From the NCBI GenBank assembly GCA_023898725.1, contig CP060236.1, forward strand, positions 342,804 to 406,803: a stretch of 64,000 nt of DNA. The letters are read 5' to 3'. The translations under genes and the position numbers were made by a program. The first letter of the stretch is position 1. Each line of letters begins with the position of its first letter. The notes beneath the pieces were generated by a model that saw only the letters and a program-made list of their open reading frames with translations, did not search any database and had not been told where the DNA came from. The DNA comes from Alphaproteobacteria bacterium (GTDB lineage: Bacteria > Pseudomonadota > Alphaproteobacteria > JAUHZC01). This document shows, in pieces, positions 29,421 through 37,557 of the stretch.

Positions 29421-30060
29421 GGAGCGCCAGGAGTCATGAATGTTCCTCATTTCACATGGGGTATCTTGGGTGTATGCTATCTATCGCTTTGCATGCACCA
29501 CATCTTTTTTTCGCTACGGAATGTATCTTTTTAGGTGATACTCTTGCTTATTCTTACAGGGCTATAGGATAATCCTTCCTGTAGAAAGATCTAACAGGTA
29601 GCAAAAATCCAGGCTTGAGTGTTTCTTTCTGAATTGCCCCAATTACAAGCGGGTAGTGTTGCATTAGCTACGAACATCCAGCTTTGCCGTGATGCCCACA
29701 CTCATAGCTCTTTGCAATAAAGACTTTCCCTTGAGAATATACGATAGCGCGATGGTATCCACCACCGAGACTATAACCCCCTTGCGCGATGGGGTTATGT
29801 TCGCTTGCGCCTGCCCAAATTGTATGTGTTGAATTATTTTTCTTCGGATAAAAACCCAACAATAAAACCGCTCACACATCATCTTTTAGGGCTTCACAGA
29901 CGCAATAGATTTTCTTGCACCATAAAATAAAGATAAATTAATTTAAAAAAATACCTAATTATTTAACTTATTTTTAACAAAAAACATCTTTAATGATCTT
30001 AGATAATTAAATTACCAATGATCCATGCAGGATGTGTGGTGAAGGTAAGGAGTAAAAAAT

Positions 30061-30603
30061 ATGGCAGAAAGCACCCAGCATATTCTCGATCGCGTACGTC
30101 GGCCACGTGTTCACATCACGTATGACGTTGAGATCGGTGATGCAATTCAGCTGAAAGAGCTTCCTTTTGTGATGGGCATATTAGCTGACCTTAGTGGCGT
30201 GCCAGCGGAGAAACCTCCACGTATCGCTGATCGGAAGTTCGTCGAGATTGATCTTGAAAACTTCGATTCTGTCTTTGCTTCATATAAACCCCGCCTTCAA
30301 TTTGTTGTTGACAACAAACTTCCTGGAGATTCCGAGCGCATAAATATCGAATTGGAGCTTCGGTGCTTGGATGACTTTAATCCCTTAAGAGTTATTCGGC
30401 AGATTCCTGAAATGAAAGCTCTCCACGACTCACGTACACTGTTGAATGATCTCATTGGAAAACTTGATGGAAACGAGGTTCTTGAGGGAATGCTTGGTCA
30501 AATTATTGAAGACAAAGCTCTGCGGGATGGCATTCTTGCTGAGATTGAGAAAATTGCACCCGCACCCGCACCTGAAGGCGATGCACCAAAAAGCAAAGCT
30601 TAA
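30061..30603 (+). CDS. tssB: Type VI secretion system contractile sheath small subunit TssB (VipA/ImpB)
   Basis: RPRVHITYDVEIGDAIQLKELPFVMGILADLSG...DRKFVEIDLENFD...DDFNP closely parallels canonical TssB (for example the P. aeruginosa TssB1 pattern). Strong AAGGAG SD 8 nt upstream. Confidence 0.9.
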   Translation: MAESTQHILDRVRRPRVHITYDVEIGDAIQLKELPFVMGILADLSGVPAEKPPRIADRKFVEIDLENFDSVFASYKPRLQFVVDNKLPGDSERINIELELRCLDDFNPLRVIRQIPEMKALHDSRTLLNDLIGKLDGNEVLEGMLGQIIEDKALRDGILAEIEKIAPAPAPEGDAPKSKA

Positions 30604-30624
30604 GGATAACTAGGAGATTTTGAA

Positions 30625-32073
30625 ATGGCGGACGTAGAGAATAAAATTACTTTAGAAGATATCCTTGTAAAAGGACGCTTGGCGAAAGATGAAGACAAGC
30701 GCCCAGCAGGACTTGAGCAGCTTCGTGAGTTAATTTCACAAATAAACAACACAGAGGACAATCAAATCAAGCATGTTGGCCCCTTTATGTCACACCGCAT
30801 TCAGCAAATTGATACCGCGCTTAGTGAACAACTAGATGTCATTATTCATGATCCCATCTTTCAGAAACTAGAAGGATCATGGCGTGGGTTACATTACCTT
30901 GTCAATAAAAGTCATACGAGCTCTACCCTCAAACTTCGGTTAATGAATATCTCCAAGCCAGAGCTTCTGCAAGATCTTGAAAAGGCGGTTGAGTTCGATC
31001 AAAGTCAGCTATTCAAAAAAGTCTACGAAGAGGAGTACGGAACCTTTGGTGGTGCGCCCTATTCATGTCTTGTAGGTGATTATGAGTTTGGTAGTCATCC
31101 CCTTGATATGGCACTCATACGCAAAATAGCACAGGTAGCTTCGGCCGCGCACACACCTTTTATATCTGGTGCAGCACCATCACTTTTCAATCTTGAAAGT
31201 TTTTCTGATCTTGGTGTCCCACGGGATCTTGCACGCACCTTTGAGAGCACCGAGCTTCTGAAATGGCGATCCTTTCGGGAAAGTGAAGATTCTCGATACG
31301 TTGCTCTGACTTTACCGCATGTGCTAACACGTCTGCCCTACGGTCCCGATACAAACCCTGTTGAAGACCTTAATTATACCGAAAAAGTTGAAGGAACGGA
31401 TAACAGTAAGTTCTGCTGGGGAAATGCTTCATATGTCCTTGGGGAGCGCATTACAAATGCCGCTTTCCTTTACAACTGGACAACTGCCATACGCGGGGTT
31501 GAAGGGGGGGGGCTCGTAGAGGACTTGCCGACCTATACATTCAAAACCACGGATGGTGATGTGGCACTGAAATGTCCCACAGAAGTTGCCATTACCGACC
31601 GCCGTGAGAAAGAACTGTCTGATCTTGGATTTATATCACTATGTCACTGCAAGGGTTCGGACTATGCGGCGTTTTTCGGTGGCCAAACAGCCCAACGCCC
31701 CAAAAAGTTCAGCACCGCAGATGCAAATGCTAATGCACAATTATCGGCACGCTTAACATACATGCTGGCTGCATCACGATTCGCCCACTACATCAAGGCA
31801 ATCATTCGGGATAAAATCGGTAGCTTTCTGTCAAAGGATGACGTCGCAAACTATCTGAATAAGTGGATTGCAAACTACGTTTTGCTCTCTGATGAGGCAA
31901 CACAAAGCACAAAAGCACGCTTTCCTCTTCGCGAAGCACGTATCGATGTGTTTGACATTCCAGGAAAACCGGGCTCATACCGGGCAACCGTTTTCTTAAG
32001 GCCGCATTTTCAGTTGGAAGAGCTTACAGCGTCGATTCGTCTGGTTGCAACTCTTCCTGCTCCTGCCGCGTAA
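30625..32073 (+). CDS. tssC: Type VI secretion system contractile sheath large subunit TssC (VipB/ImpC)
   Basis: 482 aa. [39 protein letters not shown] and [16 protein letters not shown] are typical TssC blocks. Follows tssB by 21 nt, with a TAGGAG SD. Confidence 0.9.
   Translation: MADVENKITLEDILVKGRLAKDEDKRPAGLEQLRELISQINNTEDNQIKHVGPFMSHRIQQIDTALSEQLDVIIHDPIFQKLEGSWRGLHYLVNKSHTSSTLKLRLMNISKPELLQDLEKAVEFDQSQLFKKVYEEEYGTFGGAPYSCLVGDYEFGSHPLDMALIRKIAQVASAAHTPFISGAAPSLFNLESFSDLGVPRDLARTFESTELLKWRSFRESEDSRYVALTLPHVLTRLPYGPDTNPVEDLNYTEKVEGTDNSKFCWGNASYVLGERITNAAFLYNWTTAIRGVEGGGLVEDLPTYTFKTTDGDVALKCPTEVAITDRREKELSDLGFISLCHCKGSDYAAFFGGQTAQRPKKFSTADANANAQLSARLTYMLAASRFAHYIKAIIRDKIGSFLSKDDVANYLNKWIANYVLLSDEATQSTKARFPLREARIDVFDIPGKPGSYRATVFLRPHFQLEELTASIRLVATLPAPAA
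31504..31512 (+). repeat. G9 homopolymer inside tssC (encodes Gly-Gly-Gly)
   Basis: Direct read: gaaGGGGGGGGGctc. In-frame as GAA GGG GGG GGG CTC (VEGGGLVE). Confidence 0.95.
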
Positions 32074-32107
32074 AAACCCTTAAAGTACATCACGAAAGGA
32101 ATAAGCC

Positions 32108-32674
32108 ATGCCACTCGATTATGCAGCAGAAACAACCGCCGCCTCAACGATGAATGAGCGTAACCCTGTTACGAGCCAACATTCAAATTATTCACAACGC
32201 ACACAAACCCCTGAGTGGATTATTCGTGTAGGAGAAAACCTTGTGAGCTCATACATTGAAGGATTCACAGAACACACAGAGTGCTTTAGCTGGGGATTCA
32301 AACTTTCAAAGCCTACAAACCCCTCTTCCACAGGCCCCTTGTATTCATCTGCTGTGGTAACCATTAGTGATATTCAGGTTGTGATCTCAAACACGGACTC
32401 ATCCACAACACTGGAATACCGTATGATGATTGGTGAAGCACTATCATCCATTTCTTTGAAGCGTATTGCTAATATTAATGGTGTTAATGTGGTTGCTTTG
32501 GATATGGAGTTTACAAATTGCTTTACGCAATCGATCGAACCATATGGTGATATGCTAAAAATGACGTTTAAGTGCACGCATTACAAAAAAACAGCATTCC
32601 GCTTTGATCAAAATGGGGACGCAAAGGGTCAAACAGAGGTTTCCTTCTGTTTCGAAACCGGAGTGGCGAAATAA
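32108..32674 (+). CDS. hcp: Divergent Hcp (TssD)-like tube protein with a polar N-terminal extension
   Basis: Position immediately after tssC. By-eye alignment to Hcp1: EWIIRVGENLVSS..TEHTECFSWGFKLSKP vs DMFIKIGDVKGES..HAEEIDVLAWSWGMSQS, and a C-terminal DMLKMTFKCTHYKKTAFRFDQNGDAKGQTEVSF vs ENVTLNFAQVQVDYQPQ..DG. AGGAA SD upstream. Confidence 0.55.
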   Translation: MPLDYAAETTAASTMNERNPVTSQHSNYSQRTQTPEWIIRVGENLVSSYIEGFTEHTECFSWGFKLSKPTNPSSTGPLYSSAVVTISDIQVVISNTDSSTTLEYRMMIGEALSSISLKRIANINGVNVVALDMEFTNCFTQSIEPYGDMLKMTFKCTHYKKTAFRFDQNGDAKGQTEVSFCFETGVAK

Positions 32675-32701
32675 GAGCCACGCCTTACTACTGGCTAGCA
32701 A

Positions 32702-32735
32702 AAACCTGCTTTGGTTATACCCTTGCGGGTTTTTC
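32702..32735 (+). terminator. Putative rho-independent terminator after the hcp-like gene
   Basis: AAACCTGC-(15 nt loop)-GCGGGTTT followed by TTTCC. 8-bp stem with one G-U pair. The large loop lowers confidence. Confidence 0.4.
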
Positions 32736-32858
32736 CAAAAAACCGCCATACAAACAGTCCATGGCCCTATTTAGGTAATTTTTATGCACCCCTACCGAAA
32801 CATTGTTGCGTAGGTGTATATTTATCTGTATGTATAAAGTGTTCTTTTGAGAACAATT

Positions 32859-32935
32859 CGGGGTGTAGCGCAGCCTGGTAGCGCGCCTGCTTTGGGAGCA
32901 GGATGTCGGGAGTTCGAATCTCTCCACCCCGACCA
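32859..32935 (+). tRNA. tRNA-Pro (anticodon TGG)
   Basis: Acceptor CGGGGTG/CACCCCG, D arm GCGC-AGCCTGGTA-GCGC, anticodon stem CCTGC/GCAGG with loop TTTGGGA, T loop TTCGAAT, and an encoded CCA. Confidence 0.9.
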
Positions 32936-32971
32936 TTTCTTTTCTTCTGAAAATTCTTCAAAAAAATTTGC

Positions 32972-34255
32972 TTACATAAGCATCATCGTAGGATTTTCCA
33001 AATTATCTTTAATCGCATTGAGAAAACGAGCTGCCACTGCCCCATCAAGTGCCCGATGATCTACCGACAGGGTACAGTTCATGACCGTTGCGACAGCAAG
33101 CGAACCATCGTCAGCAACAACTGGCTTTCTAACGGCCATTCCAACGGCAAGAATACTTGCCTGAGGAGGATTTAAAATGGCGCTAAAGGTATCAATCCCC
33201 AACATACCAAGATTTGACAGGGTAAATGTTCCTCCCTGATAGTCACAGGGCAATAATTTTCCCGCGCGTGCACGTTCTGCAAGATCTTTAATGGTTGCAG
33301 AAATATCAGCCAACGAGCATCTCCCCGCATCAAAAACAAGGGGTGTAATAAGTCCTCCATCAACAGCCACAGCCACAGCCACATCCGCACGATGGTGCTG
33401 CATAAGATGGTCATTCTCCCATGTTACATTGGCCTCAGGAACACGCAGCAGCGCCACAGCACAAGCTTTTACGATGCAATCATTCACAGATATTTTCACA
33501 CCCTGCTTTTCAAGCCGTTTATTGATATCGGCACGCGCCTCTAATAAAACATCACACCGCACGTCTATACTAAGATAAAAATGCGGGACAGTTTGTTTGG
33601 ATTCGGTAAGACGCGCAGCAATCGTTTTACGCATCCCTGAAAGAGGCATGCGCGTGGTCTGGGTATTCTCATCGCTCACAACAGATGGAGACAACGCAGG
33701 GGGTGTCGTAGACCCAGAAACAAGGGGAGTGTCTGACACAAAAAGAGCTTCTAAAATATCTGCCTTCACAATCCGTCCATGAGGACCCGATCCGCTTACA
33801 GAGGCAAGGGAAATCTTTTTCTCCGCAGCAAGGCGCCTAGCCACAGGGGTGGCAAAGACCCGCACGGGGGCATTCTCCAAGGGTGGTGTTTTTTCTGTTT
33901 CCGAAGATAACCCTGATGGTTGGGTGTTTGATGCGGCGCTATGTGCTTCATCTGGTCTTCCAAGGCCCGGCATGGTTTCAGGTATATAAGTGTCTAATGT
34001 GGTGAGATCCTCGCCCTCAGCGAGCATAACTGCAATAGGAGTATTGACAGAAACACCTTCCGTTCCAGCAGCAATAAGAATTTTTCCTATGCGGCCTTCA
34101 TCGACAGCCTCAACTTCCATCGTAGCTTTATCCGTTTCAATCTCGGCAAGCACATCGCCAGGGGCCACAACATCCCCTTCTTTTTTTTGCCAGGAAATCA
34201 AGGTTCCTTCAGTCATAGTAGGTGATAGGGCTGGCATAAGAACCGAAAAAGGCAT
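32972..34255 (-). CDS. pdhC: Pyruvate dehydrogenase complex E2, dihydrolipoyllysine-residue acetyltransferase
   Basis: Lipoyl domain MPALSPTMTEG...EIETDKATMEVEA, E3-binding domain ATPVARRLAAEKKISL..GSGPHGRIVKADI, and the catalytic motif DHRALDGAVAARF. Confidence 0.9.
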   Translation of the reverse strand: MPFSVLMPALSPTMTEGTLISWQKKEGDVVAPGDVLAEIETDKATMEVEAVDEGRIGKILIAAGTEGVSVNTPIAVMLAEGEDLTTLDTYIPETMPGLGRPDEAHSAASNTQPSGLSSETEKTPPLENAPVRVFATPVARRLAAEKKISLASVSGSGPHGRIVKADILEALFVSDTPLVSGSTTPPALSPSVVSDENTQTTRMPLSGMRKTIAARLTESKQTVPHFYLSIDVRCDVLLEARADINKRLEKQGVKISVNDCIVKACAVALLRVPEANVTWENDHLMQHHRADVAVAVAVDGGLITPLVFDAGRCSLADISATIKDLAERARAGKLLPCDYQGGTFTLSNLGMLGIDTFSAILNPPQASILAVGMAVRKPVVADDGSLAVATVMNCTLSVDHRALDGAVAARFLNAIKDNLENPTMMLM

Positions 34256-34315
34256 GATGACTTAGAATTTTTTCTGTATGTAAGCTAGCATGACTTGGGG
34301 GAAAAACGAATACCC

Positions 34316-36466
34316 TTATTTGGATACAAGTGTCCATGATCCGTCCCACCCCTCTAAAGGAGGCTTCTTGATAAACACTTCACACCTTTCAATAAATTCT
34401 TCGATGATTGCTTGCTGTGTTTCTGATAGGTTTTGGAGCCCTTGAACGGTTTTTATAGCCTGTTTGAAGTTCAAATTAAGGTAGAAATCAAAAGCCCTAT
34501 TGAACCCCGTCACATACGCCATCATATTCTTATCGGGAACCCCTAGATTATGATCAGCCTGATGGCCAACCAGTTCATAGGTATGCACGCCCTTTGTCCT
34601 GCCTTTGACGACAATCACATCAACACTCCTGCACACAAACTCATCTTTGACGAGAGCATAAAGAGACTCACTGATAAGAATGTGTGTGCGATAAAATTTG
34701 TTTGCACCCTCAAGGCGGGCAGCAAGGTTTACATTATCTCCCATAACAGTGTAATTCATGCGATCAGAAGACCCTATGTTTCCAACAACAACCTCACCGT
34801 GGTGGAGACCAAAACGTGTTTTAAGAACCGGTTTGTTTGCCTTTTCCCACTGGGCGTTATAGTCACGCAGCGCATTAAAACAAGCTAGGGTTGCTCTGCA
34901 AGCATTTTTGCCTTGGGTCTTATCATCATCAGGCGCACCCCAAAAAGCCATAATAGCATCACCAATGTACTTATCGATGAGTCCCTCGTGACGCATAATA
35001 ATTTGGGATAATCCTTCAAAATAGACAGAAATATGCTTCATGAGATCTTCGGGGGAAAGCCCTTCAGATACCGTTGAGAACCCCTCAATATCAGTAAAAA
35101 GAAGAGTGAGTGGTTTTCTTTCACCCCCGATTTCTATTTCTTTTTCTGTTCCCACAAGTTTGCGTACAAGTTGTGAGGGCATATATTTTGTAAAAATACG
35201 CAAACTATGACGTGTATTCTGGAGCGTTCGCGCTAACGTTCCCACTTCGCTGATCTTTGATGTTATTTTTTCACGATCTGTGAGATCAAATTTTCCAATT
35301 TGTTCCGCGTGCGCTGTGAGATCTTGAATGGGATAAGCAATTCGTCGCGCTAACAAAATAATCTGTAAGCACGCTATAAACAAAATAAAAACATAAAGGC
35401 TATAATTGTGGTTTTCTATTTGTGCTTGTGAATAAACATACTCTTCGTAATTTGTAACACTGACAATTATCCATTCAAGATTTTCCACATCAAACATACG
35501 CAACACATTAACAAGGTATTTTTTTTCTTGGATAGTGATAAAAAACGTATTTTCTTTGCTCTGTGCAAATGTATCCATAGCTAAGCGCAAATGGCCACTG
35601 CTCAGTTGATTGATATGGATCAGCCCCTGCGCTTCGCTGTGGGTGGAATTATTCAGAATCTCAGATTGAGCAACAATCTTGTTTTCAGCATTCAAAATGC
35701 AAACAAACGAATCCGGGGAAATCTTTCTTTCGCGCAGTTCACGAGAGAGACTGGTGATGTCAAAATCAACACCAATTACTGCAGGAACACCTGAGTCTTG
35801 CCTACGAAGAGGAATTGATACAGTAACCACAGGCTTCGCAATCGAACCAAAAACATAGGCATCAATGATTGATAGGCGCCTGTTTGTAACAGCCTCCTTG
35901 AACCAGGGGCGTTGAGTCGGATCATATCGGGTGCGTGCGATATATTCTTTTTCAACCACGGTGCGGGCACTGTCCGTATAAAACCATGTTTCTCCAAGAA
36001 GTGGCGCGGAGATGATCCGATACCGAAATCGTACATTATCGGGAATACGGGTTTGCTCATCAAACACAAGGCTGTCTTGGGGAGAGGTCCTGCTGATTTG
36101 AAAAAATGCTTTATCTGGATACCCAACATATAGGCTCCAAATATCCTGATTCTGATCCATCAGAAAGCTTAAGTATTGGGCCTGTTGATCCTCGATACTC
36201 CCAATGAGAGGAGAAACAAGAACGCGGGTGGTTGTTTCAGCAACCTTGCGTGTCGTTTCTAACTTCTGCAAAACCAGGGATTCAATGCTTTCATTGTATT
36301 TTTGAATGTTATTTTTTACAAAGGTTTCTTCGCGTGAGCGCACACGCATATTGGTAAAATACCCAAGAACAAGGAGCGTGATAACTAAAAGAGAGATAAC
36401 CTGAAAGAGAACATAAAGCTCAAGAGTGAACTGATTAAATAACTTTTTGTATCGACGCGTAATCAT
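34316..36466 (-). CDS. Membrane sensor class III adenylate/guanylate cyclase (TM - dCache-like periplasmic domain - TM - HAMP - cyclase)
   Basis: Two TM segments flank a periplasmic region of about 300 aa. A HAMP-like linker follows. Cyclase motifs are LTLLFTDIEGFSTVSE, IGDAIMAFWGAP and GLHHGEVVVGNIGS..RMNYTVMGDNVNLAARLEG. Confidence 0.85.
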   Translation of the reverse strand: MITRRYKKLFNQFTLELYVLFQVISLLVITLLVLGYFTNMRVRSREETFVKNNIQKYNESIESLVLQKLETTRKVAETTTRVLVSPLIGSIEDQQAQYLSFLMDQNQDIWSLYVGYPDKAFFQISRTSPQDSLVFDEQTRIPDNVRFRYRIISAPLLGETWFYTDSARTVVEKEYIARTRYDPTQRPWFKEAVTNRRLSIIDAYVFGSIAKPVVTVSIPLRRQDSGVPAVIGVDFDITSLSRELRERKISPDSFVCILNAENKIVAQSEILNNSTHSEAQGLIHINQLSSGHLRLAMDTFAQSKENTFFITIQEKKYLVNVLRMFDVENLEWIIVSVTNYEEYVYSQAQIENHNYSLYVFILFIACLQIILLARRIAYPIQDLTAHAEQIGKFDLTDREKITSKISEVGTLARTLQNTRHSLRIFTKYMPSQLVRKLVGTEKEIEIGGERKPLTLLFTDIEGFSTVSEGLSPEDLMKHISVYFEGLSQIIMRHEGLIDKYIGDAIMAFWGAPDDDKTQGKNACRATLACFNALRDYNAQWEKANKPVLKTRFGLHHGEVVVGNIGSSDRMNYTVMGDNVNLAARLEGANKFYRTHILISESLYALVKDEFVCRSVDVIVVKGRTKGVHTYELVGHQADHNLGVPDKNMMAYVTGFNRAFDFYLNLNFKQAIKTVQGLQNLSETQQAIIEEFIERCEVFIKKPPLEGWDGSWTLVSK

Positions 36467-36482
36467 AGATATACATCCACAT

Positions 36483-37535
36483 TTACCTGTAGTGTTTCTT
36501 GGTTACGCGTGCAAACGCATCATAAATATCAGGAAGCTCAATGTTCATTTTTTCCACAATGGAATCACGGATACACACAATAAACTGCTCTGTTCGAACG
36601 ATTGGGATATCCTTAGCGGTTTTTCCCCCAATCACAATTTGCTGTGCTGCAAGACCCGCTGATGACCCTTGCTCGTAAGGAGATGTGGCAATCGCAAGAC
36701 CGCCTCCCTCCTCAACAAAGAACGCATTAACGCCAATTGCTGGAATTGTGGCATTTTGCATCGTCCACTCAAGAACCTCTTTTGGTGACATGAACTCCTT
36801 GTCATTTGGATTCCTACGAATAGAGCGATAGTTTGAAATAGTAATGAAGTCCAAGGTCTTATTGGCCTCAAGAACGGCCTTTTTCCACTCATCGAATGTT
36901 CCCACAAGTTTGGAATCTTCAAGCTTCACACGTCCCCACTCAGAAAATTGACGCATGTATTTATCATCATTTTGAACAGTAGGAGAATTATCACTAATGT
37001 GAGCTGTGCGAATCTGCACATTCTCCGCAAGACCCCGCTGTCGGGCAAGCAAGTAAAATGTATCCCGCAATCCCCCCAACGGGAGTCTTTCCAAAATACC
37101 TGTTACATTCTTTGCTTTGTCGTAACCATACGTTTCTTGAGAAGCATTTACACCGGAAAAAATAACGCTAATATTGGGATCATTAATATAGTATTGGCCA
37201 ACAAGACGCTGCGCATCATCATCGACACAAATAATCACTTGCGGACGAATAGCACCGATTAATCGTCGCGTAATCAAGCCAGCATTGCGAAGGTATGTAG
37301 GCCAAGTATGCCTCTTTGTGTCCATATAATGATAGCGAACATTGTAGCGTTTTTCATTCGCAAAAATGTTTTTTAGGCCACTATTTACATCACGCACCCA
37401 ACTATAGTCTGTTTGATAGCTGTGCACCACAAGCACTTCTTTGCGTCCAGAATTATGGATAATAAAAAATGTAAACGCAAAAAGAAGAAGAAGTGAAGGT
37501 ATGATGTAATCAAAACGAATTTTCGATGTGAACAT
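36483..37535 (-). CDS. Membrane-anchored periplasmic substrate-binding protein (ABC_sub_bind / COG2984-like)
   Basis: N-terminal TM segment IIPSLLLLFAFTFFII, then KEVLVVHSYQTDYSWVRDVNSGL, typical of the 'ABC transporter substrate-binding' PBP family. No ABC permease or ATPase genes nearby. Confidence 0.6.
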   Translation of the reverse strand: MFTSKIRFDYIIPSLLLLFAFTFFIIHNSGRKEVLVVHSYQTDYSWVRDVNSGLKNIFANEKRYNVRYHYMDTKRHTWPTYLRNAGLITRRLIGAIRPQVIICVDDDAQRLVGQYYINDPNISVIFSGVNASQETYGYDKAKNVTGILERLPLGGLRDTFYLLARQRGLAENVQIRTAHISDNSPTVQNDDKYMRQFSEWGRVKLEDSKLVGTFDEWKKAVLEANKTLDFITISNYRSIRRNPNDKEFMSPKEVLEWTMQNATIPAIGVNAFFVEEGGGLAIATSPYEQGSSAGLAAQQIVIGGKTAKDIPIVRTEQFIVCIRDSIVEKMNIELPDIYDAFARVTKKHYR

Positions 37536-37557
37536 GTTTTGTAATCCTACGTAGATA

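Noticed and set aside
29436-29534. 32-aa hydrophobic mini-ORF (MNVPHFTWGILGVCYLSLCMHHIFFSLRNVSF) just after nrdB.
   Set aside because: It is too short to support without conservation or expression data, and the SD spacing is poor. Noted only as a possibility.
32859-32935. tRNA-Pro as an integration site (attB) for a tssBC-hcp genomic island.
   Set aside because: I found no direct repeat of the tRNA 3' end in the 29.4-30.1 kb boundary region, and no integrase or mobility gene nearby. Island acquisition remains untested rather than supported.
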